Shown piece after piece: positions 12,293-24,800 of a stretch of 64,000 nucleotides of DNA. Numbering within the stretch: the stretch's first letter is position 1; every line of letters begins with the position of its first letter. The notes beneath the pieces are model-generated. The model did no database searches. It saw only the letters and a program-made list of their open reading frames with translations, and was not told where the DNA came from. The DNA is from Phaeosaccion multiseriatum (Eukaryota; Protista; Ochrophyta, other classes), in NCBI GenBank assembly GCA_965112735.1, contig OZ218951.1, positions 5,924,964-5,988,963 on the forward strand, read 5' to 3'. A program made the position numbers and the translations under genes.

Positions 12293-13322
12293 CAGACCCC
12301 TTGCCCCACCAGCCCCAGCCTGTTCGCTTCGGTCCGAATGACTCGCGCGGCGGGTCGGGCTCGAACTCCTTTCCAAAGGCGTCCACAGCAACGACGGACA
12401 CATCCGATGCCACGGAAGCGGTGGGGGCCCGAGGAGGGGTAGCGGCGTGGGCCCCGAGGGAATACTCCGGTGAGAATGACGAGTATCCCGACTCGAGCTG
12501 GTTGAAGGGCATCGTCTCGTGATTGCCAGTCACGCCGTCCCGGAAATCTGATCGATGGATGGGAATGTAGTGCGGCCCTCCTCCTCTTTTCCCTTCTCTT
12601 CCTCTTCCTCCTCCTCGCTGTCCTCCTCTTCCGCCTCTTCCGCAGCAGCAGCAGCAGCAACACCACAGCGAGCACAAGAAGTGGACGAGGCGGCACACGA
12701 AGCTCACACAGACGATGATCAGCACGAGCATCATCACCATGCCCGTGGCAGTCAAGCCTTCATGGTGGTGCCGCTGCTGCTGCTGCTGCTGCTGCTGCTG
12801 TCCTTCCTGCTGTTGCTGTTGCTGCTGCTGCTGGTCCTGGTGGCTGCCGGCGAGGGGGGGAATCATGGTGCCAATAATCCACTGCAGCGGGATGACGATG
12901 TGGTGAAGGGTGCGTAGCTCAGCCCACATGAGCACCTGGCGGACCGGCCAGTAGAACAGAAGCACGGCCAAGGTGCTCATCGCCGTCTTGACAATCAAAG
13001 ACATTGCGTGGTCGCAGAAAGTGAGCGGCGATGAGGGGAGGTTGTGGAGGGTGTAGCCCGCCCCCCCACCCTCTCCTTGTCGCCCATGGAAGTCGTAACG
13101 CGACTCGGAGGGTTCAGATGCGCGTTTGCGGCACATTCTCTTCTGCGGGAAGCTGAAGATGGCAAGTACGTAGAGGAGAAGGAGGATGAAGTTCACGGCA
13201 TCCAGGAAGCCCAGCGTATTGGGGCCCTCCCGTCGCGCCATCGTATCCAAGCTGTGGTTGTTCCGCCTCCTCTCCTCCATCCACCAGCTCCATAGACTCC
13301 CCGACAGAGCGAGAAGCCTCAT
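12285..13322 (-). CDS. Hypothetical multi-pass membrane protein with polyQ and a Cys-rich juxtamembrane segment
   Basis: Open frame with 3-4 hydrophobic stretches (AVNFILLLLYVLAIFSF; AMSTLAVLLFYW; GMVMMLVLIIVCVSFV) followed by LWCCCCCCCG. No family recognised; start and end uncertain. Confidence 0.45.
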   Translation of the reverse strand: MRLLALSGSLWSWWMEERRRNNHSLDTMARREGPNTLGFLDAVNFILLLLYVLAIFSFPQKRMCRKRASEPSESRYDFHGRQGEGGGAGYTLHNLPSSPLTFCDHAMSLIVKTAMSTLAVLLFYWPVRQVLMWAELRTLHHIVIPLQWIIGTMIPPLAGSHQDQQQQQQQQQEGQQQQQQQQQRHHHEGLTATGMVMMLVLIIVCVSFVCRLVHFLCSLWCCCCCCCGRGGRGGQRGGGRGREGKRGGGPHYIPIHRSDFRDGVTGNHETMPFNQLESGYSSFSPEYSLGAHAATPPRAPTASVASDVSVVAVDAFGKEFEPDPPRESFGPKRTGWGWWGKGSGY

Positions 13323-13680
13323 TGCAGACAACGCACCAGAGCCGCTCGAGAAGGGACAGGGCCGCTCGAGAAGGGACGCTTCCGCCCCTGCTGCTTTGTA
13401 AAAGCGAGGGAGAGAGAGAGTGAGAGAGAGAGAAATAAATTGGGAGAGCGGGAGGGGCACAGATGGGGGTGAGGGGGGGACGAGCGAGCAGAGCAATCGC
13501 CTCGCGTGTGTAGTTGTTTTTCCGCCCCAAGTTGAAGGCGACTTGCGATTGACACTCCACATCCAATAGTCACAGGTTGGCATCCTTTTCCTTTTCTTCC
13601 AACCACAACTTGGGCGAACTTACATTCGTCCCATTAGACACGCTATCCGCTCCTGCACGCTTGGATCGAACAATCGAGGC

Positions 13681-15631
13681 ATGATACTGAGGCATGCACT
13701 GTTTGCGGGCTACTTGGTGAACTGCCTTACGGCAGCCAAAGCATTTTTCCCACCTCCAACAGCGAGAGCGAGAGGGGCTGCTGGCACCGCCCGTATTGGG
13801 ATCAAGAGGCCTAGGCCGGTCGCCATAGCTGGAAGAGAAGGCGTAGACAGAGGGACGAAGGCCCCTGGCGGCAGCTTGAGGAGAGACATGATGACGAGCA
13901 GCACTGAGAGTGGGGCCGCTGCTGCAACCCCTGCGACGCCCACTTCGAAGCCCGTGCTCTATAAGTACGCCTATTGCCACGGCTTCCTGTCCGACGAGAC
14001 GAGCAGCAAGGGCATGTTCCTGCGGCAGAAGGTAATCAATCTTACGTGAAGCAGGGGCTTGCTTCCTGCCTCCCATGCCCTCTTTTCATGCGGGGCTACC
14101 CATCCCGTGCACAGTCTCTCCGTGAAGGTTTGAAGTGCGCTTTGCTCTTTTCTCTTCTCAATTGTTCTCTCAGTGCCCCTGTTTGACAAAAGTGTTCGTA
14201 ATTCTCCTCTCTCTAGACCCGATGCACCGGTGAAGGGGAGGGAAGGGAAAGATCCGTCGGATCTGGCACTAAATGCCGCTCTGCGCTCTCTTGTGTCACA
14301 GCTGGCGGAGGCGGGGGTAGAGGTGGAGCTGCTCAACCTCAACGGGCCAGGAGGGGTCGGCTCTGTGACCTACACCGGAGCAGTCGAGGTAAGCGCGGGC
14401 ACTCAAGGCCTCGAGAACTAACCGCAAATAACCGCGCCGAACGCCCGCGAAATGACCTGCCAGGCCGTGGACGAATGCTATTTGGCGACGGCCGAGGCGC
14501 ACCCCTCGCAAGAGGTCAAGCTCAGGCTCCTTGGCAGCAGCCTGGGGGGTTACGTGGCTGCGAGGTGAGTCCGTCAGTCCGCCATCCGCGGGACAAGCGC
14601 GGCTCTGGCTGGAGAGCCAATGAACATGCGGAGTGCCTCGGCAGGCTACACGGAGACACACGGGTGGCAAGTGTGCAGCTTTGGCAAGCTCCGTTAACCT
14701 CCATTAACCTCCGTCCTCCTGTCTCTGTCTGTGGCCATGCGGTGTGTGCGTGGGCCACCCCACCCCACCCCACCCCATCCCACCCCATCCCACAGGTACG
14801 CTTCACTTCACCCGTCCCGCGTGGACCGCATGCTGCTGCTCTGTCCTGGCTTCGACATGCACAGCCGCTGGGACACGCTCTTCGGGAGGGAGGCAATCGA
14901 CAAGTGGAGGGACAAGGGCAGCAGGACCTTCCCCAGGGAGGGGGCAGGGGACGTGGAGGTGCCCTTCGCTTTCTACGAGGACGGGCTGCACAACCACCCG
15001 CCCTACCCTTTCTGTGAGTGCTGACTGATGACTGATGGATTGAGAGTGAGTGTCTTCTTTTCTTGAGTGCCGACCGAGGCGGGGTGGGTGAGGGCAAGGA
15101 AGGGGAGGGCCTCAGGGGCTCAGCCGATGACACGACCAAGTCAATGAATGGGGACATGTGCTTGACTTGTGCCCCGGCCCCCCTCCCACCTCCTCTGTTC
15201 GCTCCTGGCACCAGATACTTGTCCGACGACGGTGGTGCACGGACGGAGGGACACCACTGTGCATGTGGAGGCCACCCAGAAGCTCTTTTCCAGCGCCCAG
15301 CAGCAGCAGTTGGTGATACAGCAGCAGCAGGCCAGCGGACAGAAAGCGGAGGAGGATGAGAATAACGTTCAGGAGCCGTCAATGGACTCTGCGGAATGTT
15401 CTCGCTCGACCATGGCCATGGTGGTGGAGGACGATCACAGTCTGGCCCTGCCCTCAACAATGGACCTCATCGCGCGGCTCGCCTTGGGGGAGCGCTTTGC
15501 CGACGTAGAGGCTGGGGCCCTCTCTGGCCAAGGGGGGCAAGGACAGGGGCGAGGACAGGGGCAAGGACAGGGGCGAGGACAGGTTATCGAGGTGGAGAGC
15601 AAGCACCACGTCAAGGACAAGATCGTGCTGG

Positions 15632-15679
<48 letters not shown>

Positions 15680-18343
15680 TACCACCGACGCACCCTCACG
15701 TAACTGGCAAGTACGCAACGCGCCTGGAAGCCCAGGCAAAGCTCAAGAGGCCTCTCGTACACAAAGGGCCTCCGTCCTCGCTATGGTACCTTCCTCTCCC
15801 TTCCTCTCCCTCCCTCCCTGTGCTCATTGCCCTACTCCTCTGTGGGATGTCCCCCTGCGCCCCCCCGTGTAGGCCACGCTGTCTGCCCTTGGCGCCACGC
15901 TAGTGAGCGAAGAGATGTTCACAGACGTATACTTGGACTGGCCGGGGCAGGGCAGTCATATGGGCACAAAGCTCCTGAAGGATGATGTGTGGCTGCGTCT
16001 GCGTGCGGGGCTGTGGGAGCTCAAGGTCCCAGGTAGGCCAAGCACAGTTGAGGCGAGCCGCGGCGTTATGGCATCGGAGGAGATGAGCGCTGTCCCTCCC
16101 TCACACTCCCTTCCTCCGTCTCTCTCTCTCTGTCAGTGTCGGGCGTGGAGGACAATGAGGAGAGGGGGCTGCCTGCGGTGTACAAGGAGCTGACCAACCC
16201 CAGGGATATCTTGAGGTGGCTCAAGGCAAGATACCCCAGGCCCTTCAGCGGCAGCGCCAGCAGTGCCAGTGGGGAGGTGAGTGAGCGACAACAGCGCACT
16301 TCCACTTTGACGCCAAGAGCCTGTTTTGTTCTTGTTCTTGTTCTTGTTGGTGGTGGTGGTGGTGGTGGTGGCGGTGGTGGTGGTGTTTTTTGTTGTTGTT
16401 GGTGGTGGTGGTGTCGCTCACTCTTTTTCTGTGTACCTTTATTCTCTTTCTACGCTGCTGCACTCACCCCTCTTTTGAAACCAATCTGTGTCTCTTTTGC
16501 CTCCTGTACAACCAACCGCCCCACCTCAGATCAGCAATGGCGAGGTGCGGGAGGCGCTGCTTGGGGCAGGGCTGAAGGTGTTCGCCGAGTACACAAGCAC
16601 ACGAAGGAAGTGGCAGAAGACCAAGGCCACGGGGGAGGCCCAAGGTAAGGGAGAGGGAGAGAGAGGAAGATAGGGACAGCGACAGAGGCTGTCGAAGCGG
16701 ACAGTCCAACGTTAAGTAGAGGGTCTCAGTTTCAGTTCAGTCTTCAATTTCAGTTTCGGTTACAAGTCAGGGAGGCGCAGCAGGATAGCACTATACGCGC
16801 CGCCCTCTCTCCCCTCTCACGCTGTGGAGGGCCCTCCTCCTCCCCATCCACTGCCATCCCCCCCCTCCCCCTAAGGCTCCTCTCCCGCGGAGCTGAGCAG
16901 AGACGTGTCAGTGGACATCGACGAGGCGAGCTTCGGATACAGCGTCGTGGAGGTGGAGACGTTGGTGGAACCGACCAGAGTCACAGATGGAGACAGCGGC
17001 AGTGTCACAGAGGGACAGACGTCTCTGCAGGACAGGAAGGCCATCGAGCAGGCCTCTGTGGACGTGGAGGCCTTCGCGGGGGCCCTGGGGCTCACTTCAG
17101 GGTAAGTCAGTGGGTGTAGCGGCATTGCTTTCGATAGGGGGCTATAGAACAATAGGCGTATCTCCTCAGCGCTGACATGCCCACCCGGAGATACGTCAGT
17201 TTCAGTTCTGGTTTGATGCCATGAGTCACAGAGAGAGCCCAAGCACAGGCACCGACACAGACACATTCCGTGGGGCCGGCCCCTTGCCCAAACAGAGCAG
17301 ATTGCTCAACCCTGCTGTCTGCCTGTTTGTATGCCTCTGTCCATTCGCTGCCCAGCCCCTCTGTGCGCGTGGCGGGGAAGCTTATGGAGTACATCAAGCG
17401 CTACTGCCCCACGGAGTTGGTGAGTGAGTCCGAGGGGGGGAGGAGAGGGGGGAAGCAAGGCAAGGGCAGCGGCGGGCGAGGACCGACCGTGGTGTACGGG
17501 GATGTGGCGTGTTGCGCCTCTGCCTCAGAGCCGAAGTGCAGGAGGGCAGGGAGGGGAGGGCGGGGGGAGACGCTGGTCCATTGATGCGCATTTTGAGGCT
17601 TAGCATACGTGCTGTTCGCTTCATTGAATACTCTTTCTCCCCCTTCTCTGTTCCTCCCTATCTGTCCCTCCCTCTCTCTCTCTCTCTCCATCTCTCTCGC
17701 TTGATTGAGACTCAGCACATGCGTTTCGCCTGTCCCTTCAGCTTCATGCAGTCTTAGTCCTATCGCTGCCTCCTTGCCCCCTGTTGCCCCCTTGCTTGTC
17801 TTCTGCTGCCATCTGCCCTCCATTGCCCGTCTTGCTCCAAAGGATGTCATTGAGGCAGCGAAAGCCCAAAAAGTCGCCGAGAAGGCTCAGAAGAAGCAGG
17901 AGGAGGAGATTGCGAAGAAGATTGCAATGGCGACCGGGGCGCCTCCTCCTTCCTCCTCCCTGGGAGAGCCCATCATGGCTCTGCCGCCCCCACCCGAGGG
18001 CTTTGCGGAGAAGGAGGGCGTCAAGAAGCTCACCCTGGGGGGGGACGCCGTGAAGATGGATGGGGTGAGGAGATGGCAGTGGATGGAGGGGGCGATAGAC
18101 ACATGCCCACTTATTCTACACCGCCTCTCCTGCCCCTCTGCTCCTCCCTCCTCTCTCCTCTCTCCTCAGGCGGGGCCCATCATCATCAATGAAGACGGGA
18201 CAACGAGCGCCATCGCCAATTGGGACCGCATGGACGAGAGGGAGAAGGAGCTCTCGTGGAAGATGATCTCCAAGCGAAACGCCAAGAGGAGGAAGATATT
18301 GGAGGAGCAGGGCAAGAGCGTGGACATCAACCAAACTATGTAA
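13681..18343 (+). CDS. Multidomain fusion: putative plastid presequence + YqiA/UPF0227-like alpha/beta-hydrolase + CYTH (thiamine-triphosphatase-like) domain + uncharacterised GPIIINxDG domain
   Basis: Phase-consistent exons 13681-14031, 14302-14388, 14464-14564, 14796-15013, 15215-15633, 15873-16032, 16137-16277, 16530-16644, 16876-17101, 17356-17419, 17843-18064, 18171-18343. Hydrolase motifs: YCHGFLS, LLGSSLGGYVAA, VVHGRRD, DDHSL. CYTH motifs: IEVESK (ExExK), FTDVYLD, WLRLR..WELK, YKEL, TRRKW, VDIDEASFGYSVVEVE, GKLMEYI. Confidence 0.8.
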
Positions 18344-18512
18344 ACAGATAGGCATACATGTATAGGTAAGGGCCAGGGAAAAGCGCACAGTGAACAAGAT
18401 GCACACATGCATTCATTATTTTTAATTTTTTATGATTGAGTACTTACAAACGAAGGTTCCGTACGGTACGTCATTTCTTCCCCTCTCCCGCCTGCCTGCC
18501 CATATGCCCGCC

Positions 18513-20298
18513 TCAACCTCGAATCTTGATGCCCATCTCCATCCTCCGGCCGCCTCGCTTGAGCTTGCTCCCCCCCGCGGCCCCGTTGCCCCTGCCCCCC
18601 TTCCGCCGCTCCTTCTGCTGCCCCGCCCCGAGGGTACCCCCGCCGACCTTCCCCACCGGCACTTCGAGCACCACCATTGGCGGCTGCCAGAGCCTCTGCC
18701 CAAGATCGAACACATTGCGAGAGTCGACACGCACCCCCGCACACTCTGGGACACGCTCCATAAGCTCTGCCCACAGCCACGCGCCCACGGCTTGTTCGGC
18801 TTGCTCTTCCTCAGACGATGTGTTCCCGCCGCCCTCCTTCTCATTCTTCATCTCCTTCCCGTCACTAGTCTTGTGCTGCACCTGCATCTGCTCTCGACCT
18901 CCCTCCTCCCCTCCCTCGCCGCACGGACTGGGCAGCTCCATCCCTTCGCTGGAGGCAGCAGCGGCAGCGGCCGCCGTGGCTGCAGCAGCAGATGCATCAT
19001 CCGCCTCATCATGGCCATTCACCCGCCCGTACACACCATTGCTGCTACTATCCACCTTCTCCTCCTCCTCGTCCTCTCTCCCCCGCATCTTCGCCTCGTC
19101 TTCCTCCTCTTCCTCTTCGTCTTTCTCGACCCCCATCCGAAGCCTCGACCCGACGAATCCATTGCTGTACCTTCCTGTGCCGCCCGCCCCCTCTCCCTCC
19201 TCGTCTTCCTCGCCGTAAAAGAAGTTGACGTCGCCCTTCCGTATGCCCACCCGTGCGGAGTGCAGCGCCTCCACGTCCACCCCCGCCACGCCTCTCCGGC
19301 CCAGAAAGCGCTGAATCAAGGCTTGTGGCCCTTCCCCTTGCCTCAGAAAGGTCAAAAATGGCACTCCATGCAACGGCTCCGACTTGAAGCCCCCCCCTCC
19401 ATACGCCATGTGCACACTCCTCGGATAAGGGGTGTCGTACGAGTCCCCAGATGTCCCGAGGGACCCATTCCTGCTCCCCGCCCTCCTCCTCCCTCCTCCT
19501 CCTATCCCCCCTTCGCCCTCAGGCTCGCTGAAGACAAGCTGGACGGACATCCACGGGCAGCCTGGCGACTGTGGAAGCAGGGCCTCCTCACTGTCCTCTC
19601 GCTCCAGCAGCATGAAGCCGTCCGACTGCACCTCTGCTGACCAGCAGCTGGCGGGGAGTTGGCCGCACTCCTCGTCCGGTAAGAAGCACCTAAGCACGAA
19701 CGAGGAGGGGCCACACCACAGCAAACACCCAAGCAGAAAAGCAGCCATACGCGAGGGACTTGGTCATGCTTCGGGCTACATAAGTACGATCCTTCGTCGA
19801 GACAGTTTCCATCAGGGAGAAAAGGGAGAAAGACAAGAGAGACAGACCAGCCTGCCCGCCCGTTCCCACAACGCCCTCCACCCCAACCCCTCCCCCCCCC
19901 CCGGTGTCCACCCTTGTGGCGACACCCTTGTGGCGACACCCTTGTGGCGACACCCTTGTGGCCGTATGTCCTGTCCGTACCTGGTGACAGCGTGTCCAAC
20001 CACCTCGACCAAGCGCAGCGCAGGCGCTGACCCACCCTCTTCACCCTCTCCGATGCCCAACTGCTGCCCCGCCCCCTTCAGCACCTCCTCCACGCGCGCT
20101 TGGTGGCTCTCCGTCCTAAGGTAAATCACCCCGATGAAGCGCGAGAGCTCTGCCTCGTCGTACACAGGCTCCGGCCGTGCAACGACTGCACCACCAACTG
20201 CTGCAGCTGCACCATCGCCTCCACCCGCTGACGGGCCATCCCCCCCACCCTCCCCCCCTTTTCCGGGACCGATTGTAGGGACACCAGCCTGCCCAGTC

Positions 20299-20332
<34 letters not shown>

Positions 20333-21003
20333 GAAGCGCCTCCTTAATCTCCCTGAGCTGCCTGGCCTCTCTCCGCTTGTCGAGGAGCCTCCGTCCGAAG
20401 GCGTCTGCCTCCAGCGCGGCCTCCCTCTTGTTGAGCAGCAACTCGTCCACCAGCTGCATCTGCACGAGGCGGGGCTTCGAGCCGTAGCGGCCATCCCCAC
20501 TCCGGGCTATCTCCGTGTCCAGCAGCGAGAAGGGAAGGACCGTGAACTGGACCCAAATGGGAATCCCCTTCTGACATTCGAAATGTCGGTTCGTGAAGTG
20601 GGCGGCATCGATGTCGAGCACGTCCGCATCGTTCCTTCCGTAGGGGTTACTCATGAAATTGGGGTTGATGCGCGCAGCAAAGCCGTCGAGCCGTCTGCTG
20701 TTGCTGTTGCTATTGTAGCCGGTGTCGCTGATACTGCAGGTGCTGGCCTTGGCGGGCGGCCAGGCAGTGAGCTTGATGTGCAGAGGGCTGGGCACGTTGG
20801 TGAGCAGCTCGCACAGATCCTCCACTATTGTCCTGTACGAATGCGCAACCTTAATCTCCATGCTGATGCCCGATGGTTGCTGCGAGGTACACACAGTGAG
20901 GCACAGAGTTGGAGCAATTGTTGGTTAGTTGCTACTTGGGATCCGAAGGGAGAAGGCAAGCACATTGCATATTCACTCCACCCCACCCCGCCAAGTGCGA
21001 CAA

Positions 21004-21049
<46 letters not shown>

Positions 21050-21849
21050 ATCGATAGACAAGACAGACAGACAGACAGACGCGTCGAGTCCTGACGGGGC
21101 CACATCGCGGACGTCATGAGGCAACTAAGAAAGTCACAAGTCACTGACTACGTAAGTAGGCACGTAAAGTGTACGTAAGTAGGTAACATACCTGGCCCTC
21201 GCCGCTCAGGACGCTGGCCCCTGCTGGCAGGAGCGGCAGATGCAGACAATCCACGCCGCTCGAGGGCACCACGTGCAGCACCCTCCGCCTGGCCCTGTAC
21301 CTGAAAGGAGGGTGCCAGTGAGTGAGTGAGTATGTGAGTCAGTGAGTGAGTCAGTGAGTGAGTAAGTGCGTGCATGAAGGAGTGAGTGAGTTAGGAAAGT
21401 AGCGGTGCGTGAGCGACTCACTTGCAGTAGGCCAGAAGGTTCAGGGGGCTCGCCTTGCGCCAAACGCCCAGAGAGTCCTGACACCAGTGGTGGCTGTGGC
21501 TGTGGCTGTGGCTGGACCGGGGCCTCCTGTGTGTGTGTGTGCGGGGCTGGCCGCGTTGGTCCGCCCCCGGCACGGCAGCAGGAACGAGTCGACGACGGGT
21601 GGGGGTAGATTGGGGGGTGGGGAAGGGAGCAGCGGGAGGAGGTGTGTAAGTGCCTGAGCTTACACGTGGCATACGGAGCGGCACAGATTCACAGGCTGGC
21701 GCCGTCTGCAGGCAGCGAGTGCGACGCCCGACATTCATTTTCCTCGGGCTGTAGCAATGTGTTGGCAAAATCCTGGGCAACATACAGGGCAGCACGGCAG
21801 CACGGTAGGCGCTCTCTCGCGCTCCCTCTCTCTCTCTGGCAGAAACAGT

Positions 21850-21883
<34 letters not shown>

Positions 21884-24800
21884 CTGCAGGTAGGTGCACC
21901 CCTTTTCGGACTGTCCCTTACCTGGTCCTCTTGTCTCGGCCGTTTCTTCCCAATCGTACCGTCCCCGCCGCCGCCCTGCACCCCCTCCCCCTCCCCCTCC
22001 CCCGCCTCCGCGCCGGCCTCCTCTCCTTCCCTCACCCCCCCCACCCCCCCGTTCTTGTGCTCCTCCTCCTCAGTGGGAGGCACAACAACCTGCACGCAAA
22101 TGATATCTCCACAGCAGAGCTCTTGGGCCTTGCCCGTCTTGTCCAGGTCGAGCAACGTCGGCTCGTGAATCAGAACGCCGTCCCATAGCTCGAGCTGCTG
22201 AGTGTCCGGCAGGCCGAGCCTTCCTCTGAGCTCGGGGAGGAGGTTGATGAGCTTGGCCCCCCGGGAGATGCTTGCGCACCCGATAAAGTCCAGCGTGGCC
22301 GTGAGCGTCGTCAGCCCGCGGTACGGCTCCAACAAGGCTTGTGCACTGGTGTCAGGACTGCTACCCCCCCCATGACTGGTGCCATTGCCCGCCCCCTCCT
22401 CTCCCTGCTGTGTCACCAACTGCTGCTGTTGCCTGGCGCGGAACACCTTGACAAAGAGGAACAGGTCTCCCCTGCGCGCAGGTGGCGGGCACTTGGGGCG
22501 CGCACGCACGCGTAGTGGCAGGGCGCGCTCCTCCTCTCCCTCTCCGGCCTCCACCTCCATCTTGGCCTCTCCCCCTTCCCTTCCCGTCTCTGCTCTACTC
22601 CCCTCCGCTGCCTCCGCCCCCCTCTTTTCTCCTCCTCCGGCCTCTCCAGTCTCTCGGGCTTCTCTACACTCGTGCTGCCTCCTTTCCCCCGTTCTCCCAT
22701 CGTCCCCTCCCTCCCCCTCCTTCTCCGTGGACGGATGTACGACTTGCACGTAAAGACGGGGAGGTTGCTCAGTGCCATTATCGCCTAACCTTGCCCCCCC
22801 CATGTCGAGAATCTCCTCCGCAGTGGCGTTGCGGGCTACCCCCCACTTTTTCCCCTCATCTCCATCTCGCTCTTCACTCTCCTCCTCCTCCTCCTCCTCC
22901 CCCTCCTCCTCCTCCTGGAGAGGGTTGTCGGGTCGGACGGTCTTGTTCTCTCGAGTTATGACACTCCACAGCCGCATGTGCTCGCTGTTGAGGCTCAGCT
23001 CTTGTGCCACAGCGTCAACAAGCTCTTGCAGCCTCCAGCTCCTCCGCACCTTCAGCCGCCGAACCTTTTGTACAAGGAGGACAAGGAGGATGGATGGATA
23101 CGATCGGAGAGAGAGAGAAGGAGAGGGAGGAAGGGAAAGAGCGACAACGACGAGAGAGATGGAGATGGAGAGAGACGGGAGTGAGGACAGCACTCGGAGT
23201 GTGGGAAGATGGCGGACAGCGAATTCCAAATCAAAAGTGTGGCACCACGCTATGTGAAAGCGCCTTGCTCAGAGCATGGGAACGAAGGGGGTTGGATCCG
23301 ACAAGGGGGTACAAACAGGGTGTGGATGGACAGAGAACATGGACAGGAGACAGGGCTCATAAAGCGAGCAACCCGCGCCCCAATGCCCCAACAGACATGC
23401 GTATGTGCCGCACCTTTGGCCATCGGACAAAGTCCTCGGAGATTGCTTGGCCTGAGGCAAAGAGCGAAATGAGAGGTACAACACGCGGCGGGAGGATGAG
23501 GAGGAGGCATGGAAGAGAGAGAGGTAGACATGTCAATTGCGTCCAAAGAGACGAGAGACGAGATGTTCACGCGCGGAAAGAGAGGAGGGGCCGAGAAGCA
23601 GGACGACAAAAGCTGCTGTAGCGATGCTCTCTTTCACTCACTCTCTCTCTCTGCCCCGTTTCCCTCCCGCTCATCGTCCACCTTGTCATCCATCCCCACG
23701 CCCCTCTCTCTCTCTCACCGTCCGGCTCGCAGTCGCGAATGTCCTGGTCCGTAGCGAGCTGAGCGAAGAAGAAGAGGTGCGCCTCCCGCTTGTCCTTGGC
23801 GATACGCGCCGCCTCCGCCTCCTCCCCTTGGAAGCGAAGCCTCAGAGCCTCGGGAACGCCTGCCACGCATCGTGTACACGAGACACAGAGAGGGAAGGGT
23901 GAGCGACCCGCAAGATAGATATCTCTCCACTGCCATCCACTGCCATCCACAGGTGCTACAAAGGGGCTCGTCTGCCGTCCATTGCCTTTTGCTGTCAGGT
24001 CATTCCTAAGCCCTCACGGCCCTCTGGCCCCCCTTTGTGGCTCTTCAGCTCCTTTCAAGCTACGGTGCAGGTAAACAACACAAGCACGCGACTTACACCT
24101 TGTGCCTCTTCTTACCTTTGAAGCCCGGCAGGGGTAGCATGACCTCTGCCCAGTCCGTCTCCCTCACGTACACGAGCATGTACGCGCTCGAGTACCTTGA
24201 CGCGAAGGAGGGCCTGCAGTTGGGAGTACTGCTGAGGAGCCCCTCCTTGGCGCCGCTCTGGCCCCTCCGCCGCTTCTTGCCCCTCTTGCCGCCCTTCTTC
24301 GCACTCCGAAGGCGGTGGCTGACTCCAAAGAAGTTCTCGGGGTGGAAGTCTCGGTTGCGATTGTCGTCCTGCGAAAGAGACGGAGAGAGAGAACAGAAGG
24401 GGAGACGGAATTGAACACTTCGATGCTCCCGCAGAGAAGAGACGGGCAGAGCATGCGTTGGCTCCTCGTCTGAGATGTACTGCGCATACATTATCCCCCC
24501 CCCTCCCTCTTACCTCCTCGCTCCACCCAAACGATCCACGCACGGCCTCTTCAAAGGACACGTTCGTGACGTGCTCATCGTCGAACTTGAACCAGCGATC
24601 ACCGTCGTCGTCCTGCCCTCCTTCGCCCCCCTCTTCTCCCTCCTCCCCCCCCTCTTCCTCGCTGCTCGACCCCTCGCCGTTCGACTCGCCCCCCGTCTCC
24701 GATTCGCGCTTGCCCTTCTCCTCCTCATCATCCTCCTCCGCCTCCTCCTCCTCCTTGTTCTTCTTTTTCTTCTTCTTCTTCTCCTCCTCCTCCTCCTCCT

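Noticed and set aside
20995-21390. (CCAG)n, (ACAG)n, (GAGT)n and many other simple repeats
   Set aside because: Ordinary intronic microsatellites, abundant throughout the window.
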